64,000 bases of DNA from an uncultured Planctomycetaceae bacterium (GCA_963785305.1 CAWAUV010000001.1:64001-128000), one strand, 5' to 3'; shown: positions 33,739 through 47,708, counted from the stretch's first letter. Made by a program: numbers and translations. Notes: generated from the sequence alone by a model not told the origin.

Positions 33739-35823
33739 TTATCCCTGCCGGACCAAGAACACGTGGCCCGATGCCAGACCCGGATCGAGTTCGACGAAAT
33801 TTCGCGAACCGCGCCACGTGAAACGGGCATCGGCCAACATGTCCCACATTTCGTAAGGTCGATCGCCGGCGATGCCCAGGCTATCGAGCGGCAGATCGAC
33901 GAAACCACGCTGGGTCGCATGGAAATCGAGGTTCACCACCACGACCACTAGGTTTCCGGTCCGCGCGTCGCGCTTGCTGTAGCAGAGCAGTTGGTCATTG
34001 GCGGCGTCGTGGAATCGCAAACTGCGATTGTCTTGCAGCGCGGGATTTTCGCGACGAATGCGATTGATCCTCGCGATCACGCTTCGCAAACTATCGGCTC
34101 GTTTCAAGTCCCAGAGGCGAATCTCGTATTTCTCCGAATCGAGATATTCCTCGCTGCCGGGCTTGAGCGGCAAGTGCTCTTGCAGTTCGTAAGCGGGTCC
34201 ATAGATGCCGTAGCTCGCGCCGAGCGTGGCGGCCAAGATCAGCCGCCCCACGAATGCCGGCCGGCCGCCATGTTGCAAATGCTCGGGCAAAATGTCGGGC
34301 GTGTTGGGCCAGAGATTCGGCCCAAAAAAATCGGCCACTTTGGTTTGCGTCAGTTCCGTGAAATACTCGACGAACTCTTGCCGGCCGTTGCGCCAAGTGA
34401 AATAAGTGTACGACTGCGTGAAGCCCAATTTGGCGAGGCGATACATGATTTTGGGCCGGGTGAACGCCTCGGAGAGAAAGATCGTCTCCGGAAAGCGCCG
34501 CTTCACGTCGGTGATCGTCGCCTCCCAAAACGGAAACGGCTTCGTGTGCGGGTTGTCGACGCGAAACACGCGCACGCCCTGCTCGCACCAATACTCGAAC
34601 ACCCCGCGCAGCTCTTCCCACTGCGATTGCCAATCATCGGTCTCGAAATCGAACGGGTAGATGTCTTGATATTTCTTCGGCGGGTTCTCGGCGTATTGAA
34701 TCGTGCCATCGGGCCGGGCGCGAAACCAACTAGGATGCTCGGTCACATAGGGGTGGTCGGGCGAACATTGAAACGCGATATCGAGCGCCACATCGATACC
34801 GCGTTGCCGGGCCTGCGTCACGAGATCGCGAAAATCGGAGAGCGAGCCCAATTGCGGATGGATCGCTTTGTGTCCTCCCTCGGCGGCGCCGATTGCCCAG
34901 GGACTGCCGGGCTCGCCGGGTTGGGCCACGAGCGAGTTGTTTTTTCCCTTGCGATATGCCGCGCCAATCGGATGAATCGGCGGCAAATACAAGACATCGA
35001 AGCCCAATTCGGCCACATAGGGCAACCGCGCGATCAGGTCGCGAAATGTGCCGTGTCCGCCGGGCTGCGAGGTGGTCGAGCGCGGAAACATTTCGTACCA
35101 AGCGCTGAATCGAGCCCGCTCCCGATCCACCACCACGGCAAGCGTCGTCGAGCGCGTGGCGAGCCCGCGATCGGGATAGCGATCCACGAGCGCGGCCAGA
35201 GCATCGGACTCGCCGCCCGCGGCGCGGGCGGCGGCGCCCGGCTCGTCGCGGAGCGCGGCGGCCCAGCCGCGGAGTTGGGCGGCGTCGCCGCTGGAGTCGC
35301 TCGGGGAAGGGTTGGCGCCCGTTGGCGCCGCGGCGGCCGCCGAGGTCCTGGCGAACACCGCTTCGCCGGCCGACGCCAGGAAGGGAAAGGGACCGCATTT
35401 TGCCAGCGTGTCTTCGGCGCGCTTCGCGGCGGCGTCGAGCAGCCGCGCGCCGATTTCAAGTTCGACCGCCACATCCTGCCCAGCCGCGATTCGCTTTTTC
35501 AAATCGCGATGCCAGGAGCGGAAATGATCGATCCAGCCCTCGAATGCATATTCGAAGCGGTCGACGTCGGCGAGCATCAGCCGGGCGGTCCAACCGTCGT
35601 TGCCCGTGGGACGCAGTTCCACGGCTCTCCAGGGACCGTCGCCCGCCGGTCGCCAGTGAAGCACGGCTCGCACTTCATCGTGACCATCGGTGAAAATGTC
35701 GACGCGCACATCGAGCCGCTCGCCCGCGATGCGTTTTAGGGCAAAGCGACCGCCATCGACCACCGGCTCCATGTTCTCGATAACGACGCGCGAGCGGCCC
35801 GCGGCCCGATCAAAGTGCGACAT
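33739..35823 (-). CDS. glgE: Alpha-1,4-glucan:maltose-1-phosphate maltosyltransferase
   Basis: WYEMFPRS, YLPPIHPIG, GSPWAIG, YAENPPKKYQDIYP, FRVDNPHTKP, EAFTRP, SEKYE. Confidence 0.95.
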   Translation of the reverse strand: MSHFDRAAGRSRVVIENMEPVVDGGRFALKRIAGERLDVRVDIFTDGHDEVRAVLHWRPAGDGPWRAVELRPTGNDGWTARLMLADVDRFEYAFEGWIDHFRSWHRDLKKRIAAGQDVAVELEIGARLLDAAAKRAEDTLAKCGPFPFLASAGEAVFARTSAAAAAPTGANPSPSDSSGDAAQLRGWAAALRDEPGAAARAAGGESDALAALVDRYPDRGLATRSTTLAVVVDRERARFSAWYEMFPRSTTSQPGGHGTFRDLIARLPYVAELGFDVLYLPPIHPIGAAYRKGKNNSLVAQPGEPGSPWAIGAAEGGHKAIHPQLGSLSDFRDLVTQARQRGIDVALDIAFQCSPDHPYVTEHPSWFRARPDGTIQYAENPPKKYQDIYPFDFETDDWQSQWEELRGVFEYWCEQGVRVFRVDNPHTKPFPFWEATITDVKRRFPETIFLSEAFTRPKIMYRLAKLGFTQSYTYFTWRNGRQEFVEYFTELTQTKVADFFGPNLWPNTPDILPEHLQHGGRPAFVGRLILAATLGASYGIYGPAYELQEHLPLKPGSEEYLDSEKYEIRLWDLKRADSLRSVIARINRIRRENPALQDNRSLRFHDAANDQLLCYSKRDARTGNLVVVVVNLDFHATQRGFVDLPLDSLGIAGDRPYEMWDMLADARFTWRGSRNFVELDPGLASGHVFLVRQG

Positions 35824-36022
35824 CCAGGGTGACTTTCGGGAGTTTTCCAAAGTGCTGCGCGAGATTGGAATCGACGCGGTGGATTTCACACGCGCCGAGC
35901 GCATAATGGCGAGCGCGGATACTATCGTAGAGGAATCGGGCGATGGCGAAAAGTGCTGAACTCCCCGGGCGGCTTGGCCAACGGTTTCGCGGAAAAAACC
36001 ATCAAAACAGAAAGCTTTCACG

Positions 36023-36243
36023 ATGCAGCCGAAGAATTACCCGCCGCGGACGCCGCTGAGTTTCATGCTCGTGATGGGCTTTTTGTTTTTGCTGGCCATC
36101 GCCGCGCCGGTCGCGTGGTTTTGCCGCGAGCTGCTGAATTTTCGCGCGGCGCGCCCAACGCCGCGGAGCCAGATCGCCCCGCGCCCGGCAAACCGGCCAT
36201 CGCGGCGCCCGCCGACACATCGAATCGCGCCCCAGGTCGATGA
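36023..36243 (+). CDS. Small single-pass membrane protein (3' end uncertain, possible frameshift)
   Basis: MQPKNYPPRTPLSFMLVMGFLFLLAIAAPVAWF...; the in-frame stop at 36382 overlaps mdtC, an alternative-frame stop is at 36243. Confidence 0.4.
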
Positions 36244-36293
36244 GTCCGCGCGCGACACACCCGCGGATATTCCCGTGGCGACGCCGGCGCGAT

Positions 36294-39200
36294 TCAAATC
36301 CCCTCGGGCACGGACTTGTCGTGGCGACGATGGGCGAACCAGAGCCGGATGCGGTCGAGATACAAATATACGATTGGAGTAGTGTAGAGGGTGAGCATTT
36401 GGCTGAAGATCAGTCCCCCGCAGATGGCGATACCCATCGGGCGTCGCAATTCGGCGCCCACTCCGGAGCCGACTGCCAGCGGCACCGCGCCCAAGAGGGC
36501 CGCCATGGTGGTCATGGTGATCGGGCGGAATCGGAGCACGCAGGCTTCATAGATCGCGTCGTGCGATGACTTGCCGCCGTTGCGTTCGGCTTCGAGAGCA
36601 AAGTCGATCATCATAATCGCGTTTTTCTTCACGATGCCGATCAGCAGAATAATGCCGATCAGCGCCATGACATTCAGCTCGCCGCGCGTGTAGATCAGGG
36701 CCAGCAGGCGTCCGACCCCGGCCGAAGGCAGGGTCGAGAGAATCGTGATTGGGTGGATATAACTTTCGTACAGCACGCCGAGCACGATATACACGCTAAC
36801 GAGCGCCGCCAGAATCAGCCACGGCTGGTTGCCGAGCGAATTTTGAAAGGCTTGGGCAGTGCCGGAAAAACTGCCGTGAATTCCGGCCGGCATCCCCATG
36901 CTCAATTGCATGTCCTCGATCCGGTTCACGGCGTCGCCCAGCGACACGCCCGGCTCGAGATTGAAGGAAATGGTCACCGAGGGAAATAGTCCGGTGTGAT
37001 TCACGACCAAGGGCGTCGACCCGGCGGAATAGCGCGTGATTTCGGTGATCGGCACCTGCATATTGTCGCGCCCGCGCACGTAGACTTGCCGCAGCGCCGT
37101 GGGATCCTTGCGAAACTCGGGCTCGACCTCGAGCACCACATGGTACTGATTGAGCGGCATATACATGGTCGACACCTGCCGCTGGCCGAAGGCGTCGTAG
37201 AGCGTGTCGTCGATCGCTTGGGAATTGATTCCGAGAATCGCCGCCGTGCGCCGATCGATCTCCAAGCCAGCCGCGAGCCCGCGATTCTGCTGGTTCGTGT
37301 CGACATCCACTAGGCCGGGCAATTTGCGCATTGCCACAAGCAGCTTGGGCCCCCAGACCTTGAGGTCCTCGAGACTGTCGCTCTGGATCGTGTAGTCGAA
37401 TTGAGCTGGGCTGGCGCGAGCGCCGACGCGCAAGTCCTGCACGCCCTGGAGCGACAAGAACCCGCCGGGAATTTTCGCCAGCTTGGGCCGAAGGCCCTTG
37501 ATCACTTCGTCGACGCTCACATGCCGGCGGCCCAGCACCGGGTCGTCGATCATTTCCCGTTCCTCGAGCGGCTTGAGGGTGACGAACATGCGGGCCTGAT
37601 TCGAAGCGCCGCTGGTCCCGCCGGTCGACGCCGAGAGGCACACGACATTGGGATCGGCGCACATCACGGCGGCGAACCGCTTGAGCATGCCTTCCATGGC
37701 GGTGTAGGAGATGTTCTGATCGGCCTTCACCATGCCGATCATGCGGCCGGTGTCCTGCTGCGGGAAAAACCCCTTGGGCACGATCACATACAGATAGCCG
37801 GTGCCGACGATCGTGCCGATCGTGACCAGGAGCGTGATAAAACGATGCTTGAGCACGCCGCGCAACGTCCAGGAATAAAAGGCGAGAATCAGGTCGAATA
37901 CGCGTTCGCTGGCGTTATACATCCAACCGTGGCGCTGGTCGCCGTGTCGCTTGAGCAGGTAGGCGCACATCATGGGCGTGGTGGTGAGCGAAATAATCAT
38001 CGAAACTAAAATCGCCACCGAAAGCGTCACGGCAAATTCGCGAAATAGCCGGCCCACGAGCCCGTTCATGAGCAAAATTGGAATAAACACCGCCACCAGC
38101 GAGACGCTGATCGAGAGCACGGTGAAGCCGATTTCCTTGGCGCCCAGCATCGCGGCGGCCATGGGGTCCATGTCGGCTTCGAGATGCCGACTGATATTTT
38201 CCACCACCACGATCGCGTCATCGACCACGAAGCCGGTGGCGATCGTCGAGCGCCATGAGCGACAGGTTGTTGACGCTGTAGCCGCAGAGGAACATCACGC
38301 CGAAGGTGCCGATCAGAGACACCGGCACGGCCACGCTGGGAATGAATGTCGCCCGCGCATTGCGCAGGAAGATGAACACCACGAGCACGACCAGCCCGAT
38401 CGAAAGCAAGAGCGTGAATTGCACGTCCTCGACACTGGCGCGGATCGTCGTGGTGCGGTCGAGCACCACGGTCAGATCGATATCGGTCGGAATCGCGGCT
38501 TCGAGCCGCGGCAAAAGATCGCGAACGCGATCGACGGTTTCGATGATGTTCGCGCTCGGCTGGCGGAAGATAATGATCGACACCGCCGGCTCGGAGTTGT
38601 AGATGCCCTTGGCCAGGATGTCTTCCATGTCGTCGGTCAGGTGGGCGATCGTTTTCAGTCGCACCGGCGCGCCGTTTTTATAGGCCACGATCAGCGGCTC
38701 ATATTCCGCGGCCTTGAGCAGTTGATCGGTCGTGGAGAGGGTCCAGGTCTTGTCGGCGCCCGAGATTTGGCCCTTCGGTTGATTGGCGTTGGCCGTGGCC
38801 AGCGCCGCGCGCACGTCCTCGAGGCCCATGCCATAGTGGTTGAGCTCCGTGGGGTTGACATCGATCCGCACCGCGGGCGGAGCGCCGCCACCGACAAGCA
38901 CCATGCCCACGCCGCGCGTTTGCGAAAGCTTTTGCTGCAAGATCGTGGTGGCGGCGTCGTAGATGCGGGCCTTGGGAATCGTCTTGCTGGTGAGGGCGAG
39001 AATGAGAATCGGCGCGTCGGCTGGGTTGTATTTTCGCCAGGTCGGATTGCTCGGCAGGTTCGCGGGCAATTGACCCCGCGCGGCGGCGATGGCGGCTTGC
39101 ACATCGCGGGCCGCGGCGTCGATGTTGCGATTCAGATCGAACATGATCGCGATCGTCGTCGAACCGAGATAGCTGGTCGAGGTCATTTCGGCGATGCCGG

Positions 39201-39423
39201 CGATGCGGCTGAACTGTCGTTCGAGCGGCGTGGCCACGGCCGAAGCCATCGTCTCGGGGCTCGCGCCGGGCAGCGCGGCATTGACATTGATCGACGGATA
39301 ATCCACCTGCGGCAGCGGCGACACCGGCAGGAGACAATAGCCGATCGCTCCGGCGAGGATGATGGCCACGGTGAGGAGCGTGGTGCCGCAAGGCCGCTGG
39401 ATGAAAGGGCTCGATAGACTCAT
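36294..39423 (-). CDS. mdtC: RND efflux permease MdtC (frameshift ~38245)
   Basis: [66 protein letters not shown]. Confidence 0.9.
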
Positions 39424-42400
39424 ATCCCCTCCGCCCGCGGCCGATGGCTCTCTCCGGCGGCCGCGCTGCCGGCGCGGCCGCCAAATCGCTTGGCCACGCG
39501 ATCAAAGGCCAGATAGATCACCGGCGTCGTGTAGAGCGTGAGCACTTGACTGAAGATCAGGCCGCCGATGATCGTGATGCCGAGGGGCCGCCGCATTTCC
39601 GAGCCCACGCCCGCGCCAAAGGCGAGCGGCACCGCGCCCAAGAGCGCGGCCATCGTGGTCATCATGATCGGGCGAAACCGGAGCAAGCAAGCTTCGTGGA
39701 TCGCTTCGCGCGGCGAGAGTCCTTCGTTGCGCTCGGCCTCGAGCGCGAAGTCGATCATCATGATCGCGTTTTTCTTCACGATGCCAATGAGCAAAATGAT
39801 TCCGATCAGCCCGATGACGCTCAAATCGGTATCGCAGATGAGCAGGGCCAAAAACGCGCCCACGCCGGCCGAGGGCAGCGTCGAGAGAATCGTGATCGGA
39901 TGAATGTAGCTCTCATAAAGCACGCCGAGCACGATATACACCGTGACCAGCGCCGCCAGAATCAGGAGCGTGGTGTTCTTGAGCGAGGCTTCGAACGCCT
40001 TGGCCGTGCCCTGGAAACTGGCCGCGATGCTTTCGGGCAATTGCAAGTCGCGTTTCACTTGGTTGACCGCTTCCACGGCCTGCCCGAGCGAGACTCCCGG
40101 CGCCAGATTGAACGACACCGTGGCCACGGGAAACTGCCCTTGGTGATTCACCGCCAGCGGGCTCGTCGTTTCCTCGATTCGGGTAAACGCGCTGAGCGGC
40201 ACTTTGCCGGCCTTCGCCGTGTTGACATAAATATCTTGAATGTCGGCCGGTCGTTGGCGAAACTCCGGCTTCACCTCGAGCACTAGCCGGTATTGATTCG
40301 ACTGCGTGAACATGATCGAGATTTGACGCTGGCCGAACGCGTCGTAGAGCGTGTCGTCGATCATTTGCGGAGTGACACCCAGCCGCGAGGCCGAATCACG
40401 GTCGATGACCACTCGAATCGCGAGCCCGTTGTTTTGCTGGTCGCTGGCCACGTCGCGGAGCTCGGGCCGCTGCTTGAGCATTTCCACCATGCGCGGGGCC
40501 CACTCGGCGAGCTCTTTCGAGCTGGGATCCTCGAGCGTGAACTGATACTGGGTGCGGCTGACCTTGGTTTCGATCGTGAGGTCTTGCACCGGCTGCATGA
40601 AAAGCACGATGCCCTCGACCGCGTGAAGCCGCTTTTGCAGCAAGCGAATCACCTCGACGGCCGATTCGCTCCGCTCTTCGAGCGGCTTGAGGTTGATCTG
40701 GATTCGGCCGCTGTTGATGGTGGTGTTGATGCCATCAATGCCGATGAAGCTCGAGAGGCTCTCGACCGACGGCTCTTCGAGAATCACTTTGTCGAGCGAC
40801 TGCTGCAAGCGCGACATCGCCTCGAAGCTCGTGGTTTGCGGCGCTTCCGAAATCCCCAGGATCACGCCGGTGTCTTGCACCGGAAAAAAACCTTTCGGCA
40901 CGATCTCGAAGAGAAAGCCGGTGGCCACGAGCGTGAGGACCGCCACCACCAGCGTGAGCGGTTGATTTCGCAGCACCACGTTCAAGGTCTTGCCATACCA
41001 GCGAATCACGAGCTCGAAACCTTGTTCCGAAAGTCGATAGAGCCAGCCCTGCGATTCGCCATGATGCCGCAATATCTTGGCGCACATCATCGGCGTGAGC
41101 GTGAGCGACACGATCGCCGAGAGCACGATCGTCACGCTCAACGTCACCGCGAATTCGCGGAACAGCCGACCCACGATATCGCCCATGAACAAGAGCGGAA
41201 TCAGCACCGCGATCAGCGACACGCTCAGCGACACGATCGTGAAGCCGATTTCGCCCGAACCCTTGAGCGCCGCCTCGAGCGGGCTCATGCCGCCTTCGAT
41301 ATAGCGGGCAATGTTCTCGACCATCACGATCGCGTCGTCGACCACGAAGCCGGTCGAGATCGTGAGGGCCATCAGCGTGAGATTGTTGAGGCTGTAGCCC
41401 AGGAGATACATGATCGCGAAGGCGCCGATCAGCGACAGCGGCACGGCCACGCTCGGAATCACGGTGGCCGCCAGATTGCGTAGAAACACGAAGATCACGG
41501 CCACGACCAGCCCGATCGTGAGCACGAGCTCGAACTGCACATCCTCGACCGACGCGCGAATCGTAACCGTTCGGTCGGTGAGCACCGTGATATGAATCGC
41601 CGGCGGAAGCGAACTTTCGATTTGCGTGAGCAGTCCCTTGATGCGTTCGACGACATCGATGATGTTGGCGCCCGGCTGCCGCTGGATATTCACGATCACC
41701 GCCGGCGAATCATTCATCCACGCCGCTTGGCGCTGGTCTTCGATTCCGTCGGTCACCGCCGCCACGTCGGAGAGCAGCACCGGAGCGCCGTTGCGATAGG
41801 CGATAATCAGCTTGCGGTACTGATCGCTCGTGAGCACTTGATCGTTGGCCCCGATGACGAACGATTGCCGCGAGCCGTCGAAGCTGCCCTTGGCCTGATT
41901 CACGTTCCACTGGATGAGCGCGCTCCGCAGGTCCTCGAGGCTCATGCCCAGGCCCGAGAGCGCCGTGGGATTGGCCTGCACCCGAATCGCCGGCTTCTGG
42001 CCACCGCTGATGCTCACGAGTCCGACACCCGAAAGCTGCGATATTTTTTGGGCCAGCCGCGTGTCGGCGAAATCCTCGACTTTGCTCAGCGGCAAGGTGG
42101 CGCTCGAGAGCGCGAGGGTGATGATCGGCGTGTCGGCCGGATTCGACTTATTGTAGATCGGCGGGCGCGGCAGGTCCTTGGGCAAGAACGTGGTCGCGGC
42201 GTTGATCGCGGCCTGTACCTGTTGCTCGGCCACGTCGATGTTGAGCTCGAGAATGAACTGGAGCGTGATCACCGAGCTGCCGGCCGAACTGGCCGATGTC
42301 ATTTGCGCCAGACCCGGCACTTGGCCGAACTGCCGCTCAAGCGGCGCGGTCACGCTCGACGCCATCACCTCGGGGCTGCCGCCCGGATAAAACGTGATGA

Positions 42401-42539
42401 CTTGGATCGTGGGATAATCGACCTGGGGCAAGGCCGAGACCGGCAGTTGGTAATAGGCCACGCCGCCCACGAGCAAGAGCGCGACCATGAGCAGCACGGT
42501 CGCGACCGGCCGCAAGATAAAAGGCCGGGAAAGGCTCAT
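39420..42539 (-). CDS. mdtB: RND efflux permease MdtB
   Basis: [43 protein letters not shown]; intact 1039 aa. Confidence 0.93.
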   Translation of the reverse strand: MSLSRPFILRPVATVLLMVALLLVGGVAYYQLPVSALPQVDYPTIQVITFYPGGSPEVMASSVTAPLERQFGQVPGLAQMTSASSAGSSVITLQFILELNIDVAEQQVQAAINAATTFLPKDLPRPPIYNKSNPADTPIITLALSSATLPLSKVEDFADTRLAQKISQLSGVGLVSISGGQKPAIRVQANPTALSGLGMSLEDLRSALIQWNVNQAKGSFDGSRQSFVIGANDQVLTSDQYRKLIIAYRNGAPVLLSDVAAVTDGIEDQRQAAWMNDSPAVIVNIQRQPGANIIDVVERIKGLLTQIESSLPPAIHITVLTDRTVTIRASVEDVQFELVLTIGLVVAVIFVFLRNLAATVIPSVAVPLSLIGAFAIMYLLGYSLNNLTLMALTISTGFVVDDAIVMVENIARYIEGGMSPLEAALKGSGEIGFTIVSLSVSLIAVLIPLLFMGDIVGRLFREFAVTLSVTIVLSAIVSLTLTPMMCAKILRHHGESQGWLYRLSEQGFELVIRWYGKTLNVVLRNQPLTLVVAVLTLVATGFLFEIVPKGFFPVQDTGVILGISEAPQTTSFEAMSRLQQSLDKVILEEPSVESLSSFIGIDGINTTINSGRIQINLKPLEERSESAVEVIRLLQKRLHAVEGIVLFMQPVQDLTIETKVSRTQYQFTLEDPSSKELAEWAPRMVEMLKQRPELRDVASDQQNNGLAIRVVIDRDSASRLGVTPQMIDDTLYDAFGQRQISIMFTQSNQYRLVLEVKPEFRQRPADIQDIYVNTAKAGKVPLSAFTRIEETTSPLAVNHQGQFPVATVSFNLAPGVSLGQAVEAVNQVKRDLQLPESIAASFQGTAKAFEASLKNTTLLILAALVTVYIVLGVLYESYIHPITILSTLPSAGVGAFLALLICDTDLSVIGLIGIILLIGIVKKNAIMMIDFALEAERNEGLSPREAIHEACLLRFRPIMMTTMAALLGAVPLAFGAGVGSEMRRPLGITIIGGLIFSQVLTLYTTPVIYLAFDRVAKRFGGRAGSAAAGESHRPRAEGI

Positions 42540-44139
42540 TCAGCCCTCCGCGCTCCCAGGCCCGGGGCCCCATCGATCTCGGAAGCCGGGGCGCGAGTCT
42601 CGGCTTCGGCCTTGGCGGCCGACTTCGCGCGCGGGCCGGCCTTTGCCGTGTGCGCGGCGGGCGCTCCGTCCGAATCGACCTCGGCCACGGCCGAGGCCTT
42701 TCGTTCCTTGCCGGGCGGAGGAGCATTGCGATCGCGGGCCACCACTTTCGCGCCGGGTTGAAGTTTGTCCACGCCGTCGATTACCACCACATCGCCGGGC
42801 GCCAATCCGCTTTCGATCACGCACTCATCGCCCTCGGCCGGCCCCACGACCACCGTGCGGAGCGCCACCTTTTCCACCTTGGGGTCCTTTTCGTCGTGGA
42901 CCACGACATAGGCATAGGTCGAATCGGGTCCGCGCTGCACGGCGGCGACCGGCGCGAGCACCGCGTCGCGGCGCACCTCGAGCCGCAATCGCGCGTTGAC
43001 GAACTGGTTGGGAAACAGCATGTTGTCCTTGTTCGGAAAGATCGCTTTCAGCTTCACGGTGCCGGTCGTGGTGTCCACCTGATTGTCGAGCGCCATGAGA
43101 TCGCCGCTCGCGAGCTTGGTGGTCATGTCGCGATCGTAGGCGTCGACCGCGAGCTTCGCTCCGGAGTTGAGCCGCTCTTGCACCCGGCCGATATCGTCTT
43201 GCGGAATCGTGAAGACGAGCGTGATCGGCTGCAGTTGCGTGATCACGGCCAAGCCGGTCATGTCGCTGGCATGCACGATATTGCCCGGATCGACCATGCG
43301 CAGGCCAATCCGCCCGCTGATCGGAGCGGTAATGCGGCAATAGTGCATTTGCAGCTTGGCGTTGTCGATCATGCCGATATCCGTGCGGATGGCGCCTTCG
43401 CTTTGTTGGACCAGGGCCACTTGGCCATCGAGCTGCGACTGGGTGATCGACTTGCTGGCGATCATTTGATTGAAACGTTCGAGGTCGAGCTTGGCCACTT
43501 TGAGCGAAGCCCGATCCCGCAACAACGCGCCCTCGGCTTGATCGAGCTGCACCTGAAAGGGCCGCGAGTCGATCTCGGCCAACAGATCGCCCTGCTTGAC
43601 CATTTGGCCCTCGGCGAAGTGGATCTTTTGAAGCTCGCCATCGACCCGGCAGCGGAGCGTCACCGTGTAGAGCGCGGTGACGGAGCCCAGGCCATTGATC
43701 ACCAGATTCATGTCACCCTGCGCACGACCGCGCTCACGACGGGCGTGATCCGCTTGGGCGGCGCCGCGACATGGCTGTCGCGATGCATGAGCTTTTCGAT
43801 CGCTTCTTTCGTGAGCAGGCCATGGGTGTATGCGTAGTAAACGCCGCCCAAGAGCCCCGCGATCAAAACGGTTTGCGTGAGCATGCCGAGCCACGAACGG
43901 CCCTGCTTGGGCGGCGCCGGACGACGCAAAGCCGGGTCCGCCAGCGATGTGTTTTGCAGCGGCCCCGGCGCGGGAGGCGAACCGTGGGCGGGCGCCTTGG
44001 GTCGCGGCGCGTGGGCGCCCGGCGCAACGCCAGGCAGCGGCGCGGTCCCAGGCAGCGGCGCGACGCCCGGCGCCGGCGATGTGGCGCCGGACGACGACGA
44101 TGCGATTTTCTCGGGCGATGGAATCGTTTTCGATGTCAC
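42536..44139 (-). CDS. mdtA: RND periplasmic adaptor MdtA (frameshift ~43720)
   Basis: TM anchor, [47 protein letters not shown]. Confidence 0.9.
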
Positions 44140-44520
44140 CGGCGGAAAATCCTCAGGAGGGATCGATAATCGGTTGGGGCGCCATTCGGCGAAAGCGAGC
44201 TCGTCGCCCTGGAGTCTATCCGACCCCCCCTCTCATCATTGGGGAGAGGGCAGGGTGACGACTCGCGGAAGTTCTCGGATAGGCTCTTATTGCTATTATT
44301 TACGTTACGAACGCATTTAACCCTATGCCGATCGGCATAGCGAGAGCGCCTTGGCCGCCGCGAATCCGCTTTTCAATTCTAGCAAATGAGCCGTATATTG
44401 CGCGAATGGGGGAAATACCCGGCAAAGCCGACGCCGGAGTCGCCCCAATCAGAGCCCGTGCCCGACGGTTCGCGGAGCGACTTTCAGGAATGCCGAACCG
44501 ATTCGCGACGAGACCTTTTC

Positions 44521-47500
44521 ATGAACTCGTTTCTATTGAGTCGCCCCAAAACGCCGCGTCCCGGGGCGACGGCCGGACTTTTGCTGATCCTTGGGCTGCT
44601 CGGCTCGGCCCTGGCGCCGGCAAGCTGGCGCTCGACCCCCTGCGCACGCTTCCGCAGGCTCTACATCGCATTTGGCAAGTGCAGCAGGGTTTGCCGCAAG
44701 CCACGATCCACGCCATTTTTCAGTCGCACGACGGTTACTTGTGGCTCGGAACGCAATCTTCGTTCGTACGTTTCGATGGCCTGCGTTTTGCGACAATGAA
44801 TTTAAACGCTTCCAACTCCCCGAAGCAAAGCAAAATCTGGATCAATGATATCGCGGAAGACCCGCGCCACAATCTTTGGGTCGCCACCGGCGCCGGCCTG
44901 GCGCGGCTCGCGGAGGGCGAAACGCATTGCTATGGCATTGCCGATGGCTTGCCCGCGGCGGACATCGAATGGGTGCTCACCGATGCGGCCGGCGTCGTGT
45001 GGGCCGGCGCCGAACACGCCGTCGCGCGCCTCGAGCTCGATCCTCAAGACGAGGCGCATCCCGCGCGACACTCCTCACCGCGAATCACCGTCTACCGCGA
45101 GGCCGATGGTCTCGGCGCCGCGCGACTACGGGCCGGATGCCTGGATCGCGAGGGGCGCCTCTGGGTCGGCGGCGACGGCGGCGTTATCCTCCGCTTGGAC
45201 GGACGACGATTCGATTCTCTCGAGATTCCCGCGCTGGCCGGCGGCAATGTCAATGCGATGCTAGCCGGCGACGATGGATCGCTCTGGATCGGCTCCGACG
45301 ACGGGCTCATCCAGTGGTCCGAACAGCGCGAACGGCGGTTCACCACCGCCGACGGGCTGGCGCATGATTGCGTGCTGTGTCTCGCGCCGACCCGCGGCGG
45401 AGTTTGGGCCGGCGGAAAAAACGGCTTCAGCCGGGTGACACGCGCTGTCGATGGCGCTCGCCACGAGATCGACAGCTACCGCGCTTCCGACGGCCTGAGC
45501 CAAAGCACCGTGTACGCGCTTTTCGAAGACCGCGAGGCGAGCCTGTGGGTGGGCACTAAAAATGGGCTCAATCAATTCTCCGATCGACGCACGCTCCTCT
45601 ATACCACCGCCGAAGGCTTGCCGAGCAACAATGTCGGGCCGGTGTTGCAGGATTCGCGGGGCCAAGTCTGGGTCGGAACACTCGGCGCCGGGCTCGGCCG
45701 ACTCGAAGGCCGACGTTTCACCGCCCTTACCACGCGCGATGGATTGCCAAGCAACACGATCTTTGCCCTCGCCGAATTTGCCGACTCCCTGTGGATCGGC
45801 TCCGACGCGGGCCTTGTCCGCCGCCGCGAAGGCGAGCCGCCGCGAACCTTTACCGAGGCCGACGGCTTGCCCTCGAACGTCGTTCGCTCGCTTTGCTCGG
45901 ATCGGTCGGGAGCGCTTTGGGTCGGCACGGACCTGGGGCTCGTTTGCTGGCGCGAGGGCCGCTTCGAGCCGCCCCAGGGCAAGGCCGAAGTTCTGCGCGA
46001 GCCGGTTCGCGCGCTCGCCCGCCATGGCGAGGGCGTGTTGGTCGCGGGCGCCGATGGCGCGCTTTATCGCTGCGACCACGGTCGGCTCGAGACGTTTGAC
46101 GACGACCGCGCCGAGTTTCACGACATCGCCACGATCTTCGAAGATGCCGCCGGGCGTGTTTGGCTCGGCTCCCATGGGGCGGGACTTGTGCTGATCGACT
46201 CGCGACCGATGGATCCAAGCGGCCAACGTCTCGCGACCTTCCGCTTCACCGTGAAACAAGGATTGCACGACGACGATATCTCTGGCATCGCCAGCGGCGC
46301 CGACGACGAACTGTGGATGGCCTGCACCAAGGGCATCTTCCTCGCGCGCATTTCACAGTTGCTCGAAGTCGCCGCCGGCAAATCCGACGGCGTCGTCAGC
46401 CGACCCTTCACTCCGCTCGACTCGCAACGCACGATCGAATGCCAGGCGGGCGTCGAGCCGAGTGTGTTTCGCCTGAAAGACGGAAACATCTGGTTCGCCA
46501 CCACGCATGGACTGATCGTGATCGATCCCGACAAGCTCGTTCGTCGGCTGCCGCCGATGCCGGTCGTCGTCGAGCAAATGGCCGTGAACGGCGAAGTGGA
46601 GAACTTGCACCAGCTTCGTCCCATGCCGCCGGGGCGAACCAATGTGAGCTTTCAATATGCCGCGCTTAGCTTTATCGCGCCCTCGCGCGTGAATTATCGC
46701 TATATGCTCGAGGGCTTCGACAAAGACTGGGTCGAGGCGGGCACGCGACGCGAAGCCTTTTACACGAATCTTCCGCCGGGCGAGTATCGCTTTCGCGTCG
46801 CCGCCACGATTCCCGACGGAGTGGCCGCCGAGGCCGCGAGGCCGGTGGCGTTTATCATCGAGCCGCACATTTATCAGCGCCCCTGGTTTTGGCCACTGAC
46901 TTCGACACTCGCGCTGGCGCTGGCCGTGGGCGTCGGCTGGGCCGGCGTTCGCCTTCGCGTGCGGCAGATCCGGCGGCAGATGCAAATGGTCGTCGGCGAG
47001 CGGAGCCGCATTGCCCGCGAGCTGCACGACACGCTCATGCAGGGCTTTTCCGGCGTGACCATGGAAATGCAGGCCCTGAGCGTGCGCCTGCCCGAATCGC
47101 CCGAGCGGCGCATGCTCGAGGAAATCATTCGCGACGCCGGTATATGCCTGCGCGAGGCTCGCCGCTCCGTGGCGGGCCTTCGCACCGTGGGCCAAGTGGG
47201 GCTCGCCGCCACGATTGCCGACGCGGCCCGGCAACTCACCGAAACGCAAGCCCTGCGGCTGCGGTTGCGAATCGAGCCGGTGGCGCAGGCATTGTCTTCC
47301 GACGCTCAATACAATCTGCTGCGCATTGCCCAAGAAGCGATTACCAACGCGGTGAAGCACGCGAACTGCGGGGCGATCGAGGTCGTGCTCGAAAGCTCGC
47401 CGCGGCGATTGACGCTCTCGGTCCTCGACGACGGAATCGGCTTCGACACCGGGGCCAATGGCTCGCCCGGCCATTATGGCTTGATCGGCATGCAGGAACG

Positions 47501-47636
47501 CGCTCGGCAAATCGGGGCCCAACTCGATATCGAAAGTCGCCCCGGCCATGGCGCGCGAGTCACCGTGACCTTGCCGCACAATCAGCCGGTTCGCGACACG
47601 GACCCAGCGCCGGCGACTCCAACCGCGCCCCCCTAG
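44521..47636 (+). CDS. Sensor histidine kinase: beta-propeller (Reg_prop) repeats + Y_Y_Y + TM + HisKA_3/HATPase (frameshift after the signal peptide)
   Basis: Signal peptide MNSFLL...LLLILGLLGSALA in the alternate frame; repeated GxLWxGT/DGLPSN; YRYMLEGFD..YTNLPPGEY; RIARELHDTLMQG; QEAITNAVKHA; DDGIGF. Confidence 0.9.
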
Positions 47637-47708
47637 CCCGCGGATTACGAGCGCTCGCGAGCCGTTGCCCGTTCCCTCGCCGTTCCTGGAACCCGCGGAT
47701 AAAATAAC

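Noticed and set aside
44015..44075. 18-bp tandem duplications in the mdtA N-terminus (APLPG x2) and at ~8382-8418 (PAPxQG x2)
   Set aside because: Ordinary slippage in disordered linkers.
44225..44260. Degenerate CCCTCTC...GGGAGAGGG..GGGTGA palindromic repeat
   Set aside because: A single decayed copy; cannot be supported as a repeat family from this window.
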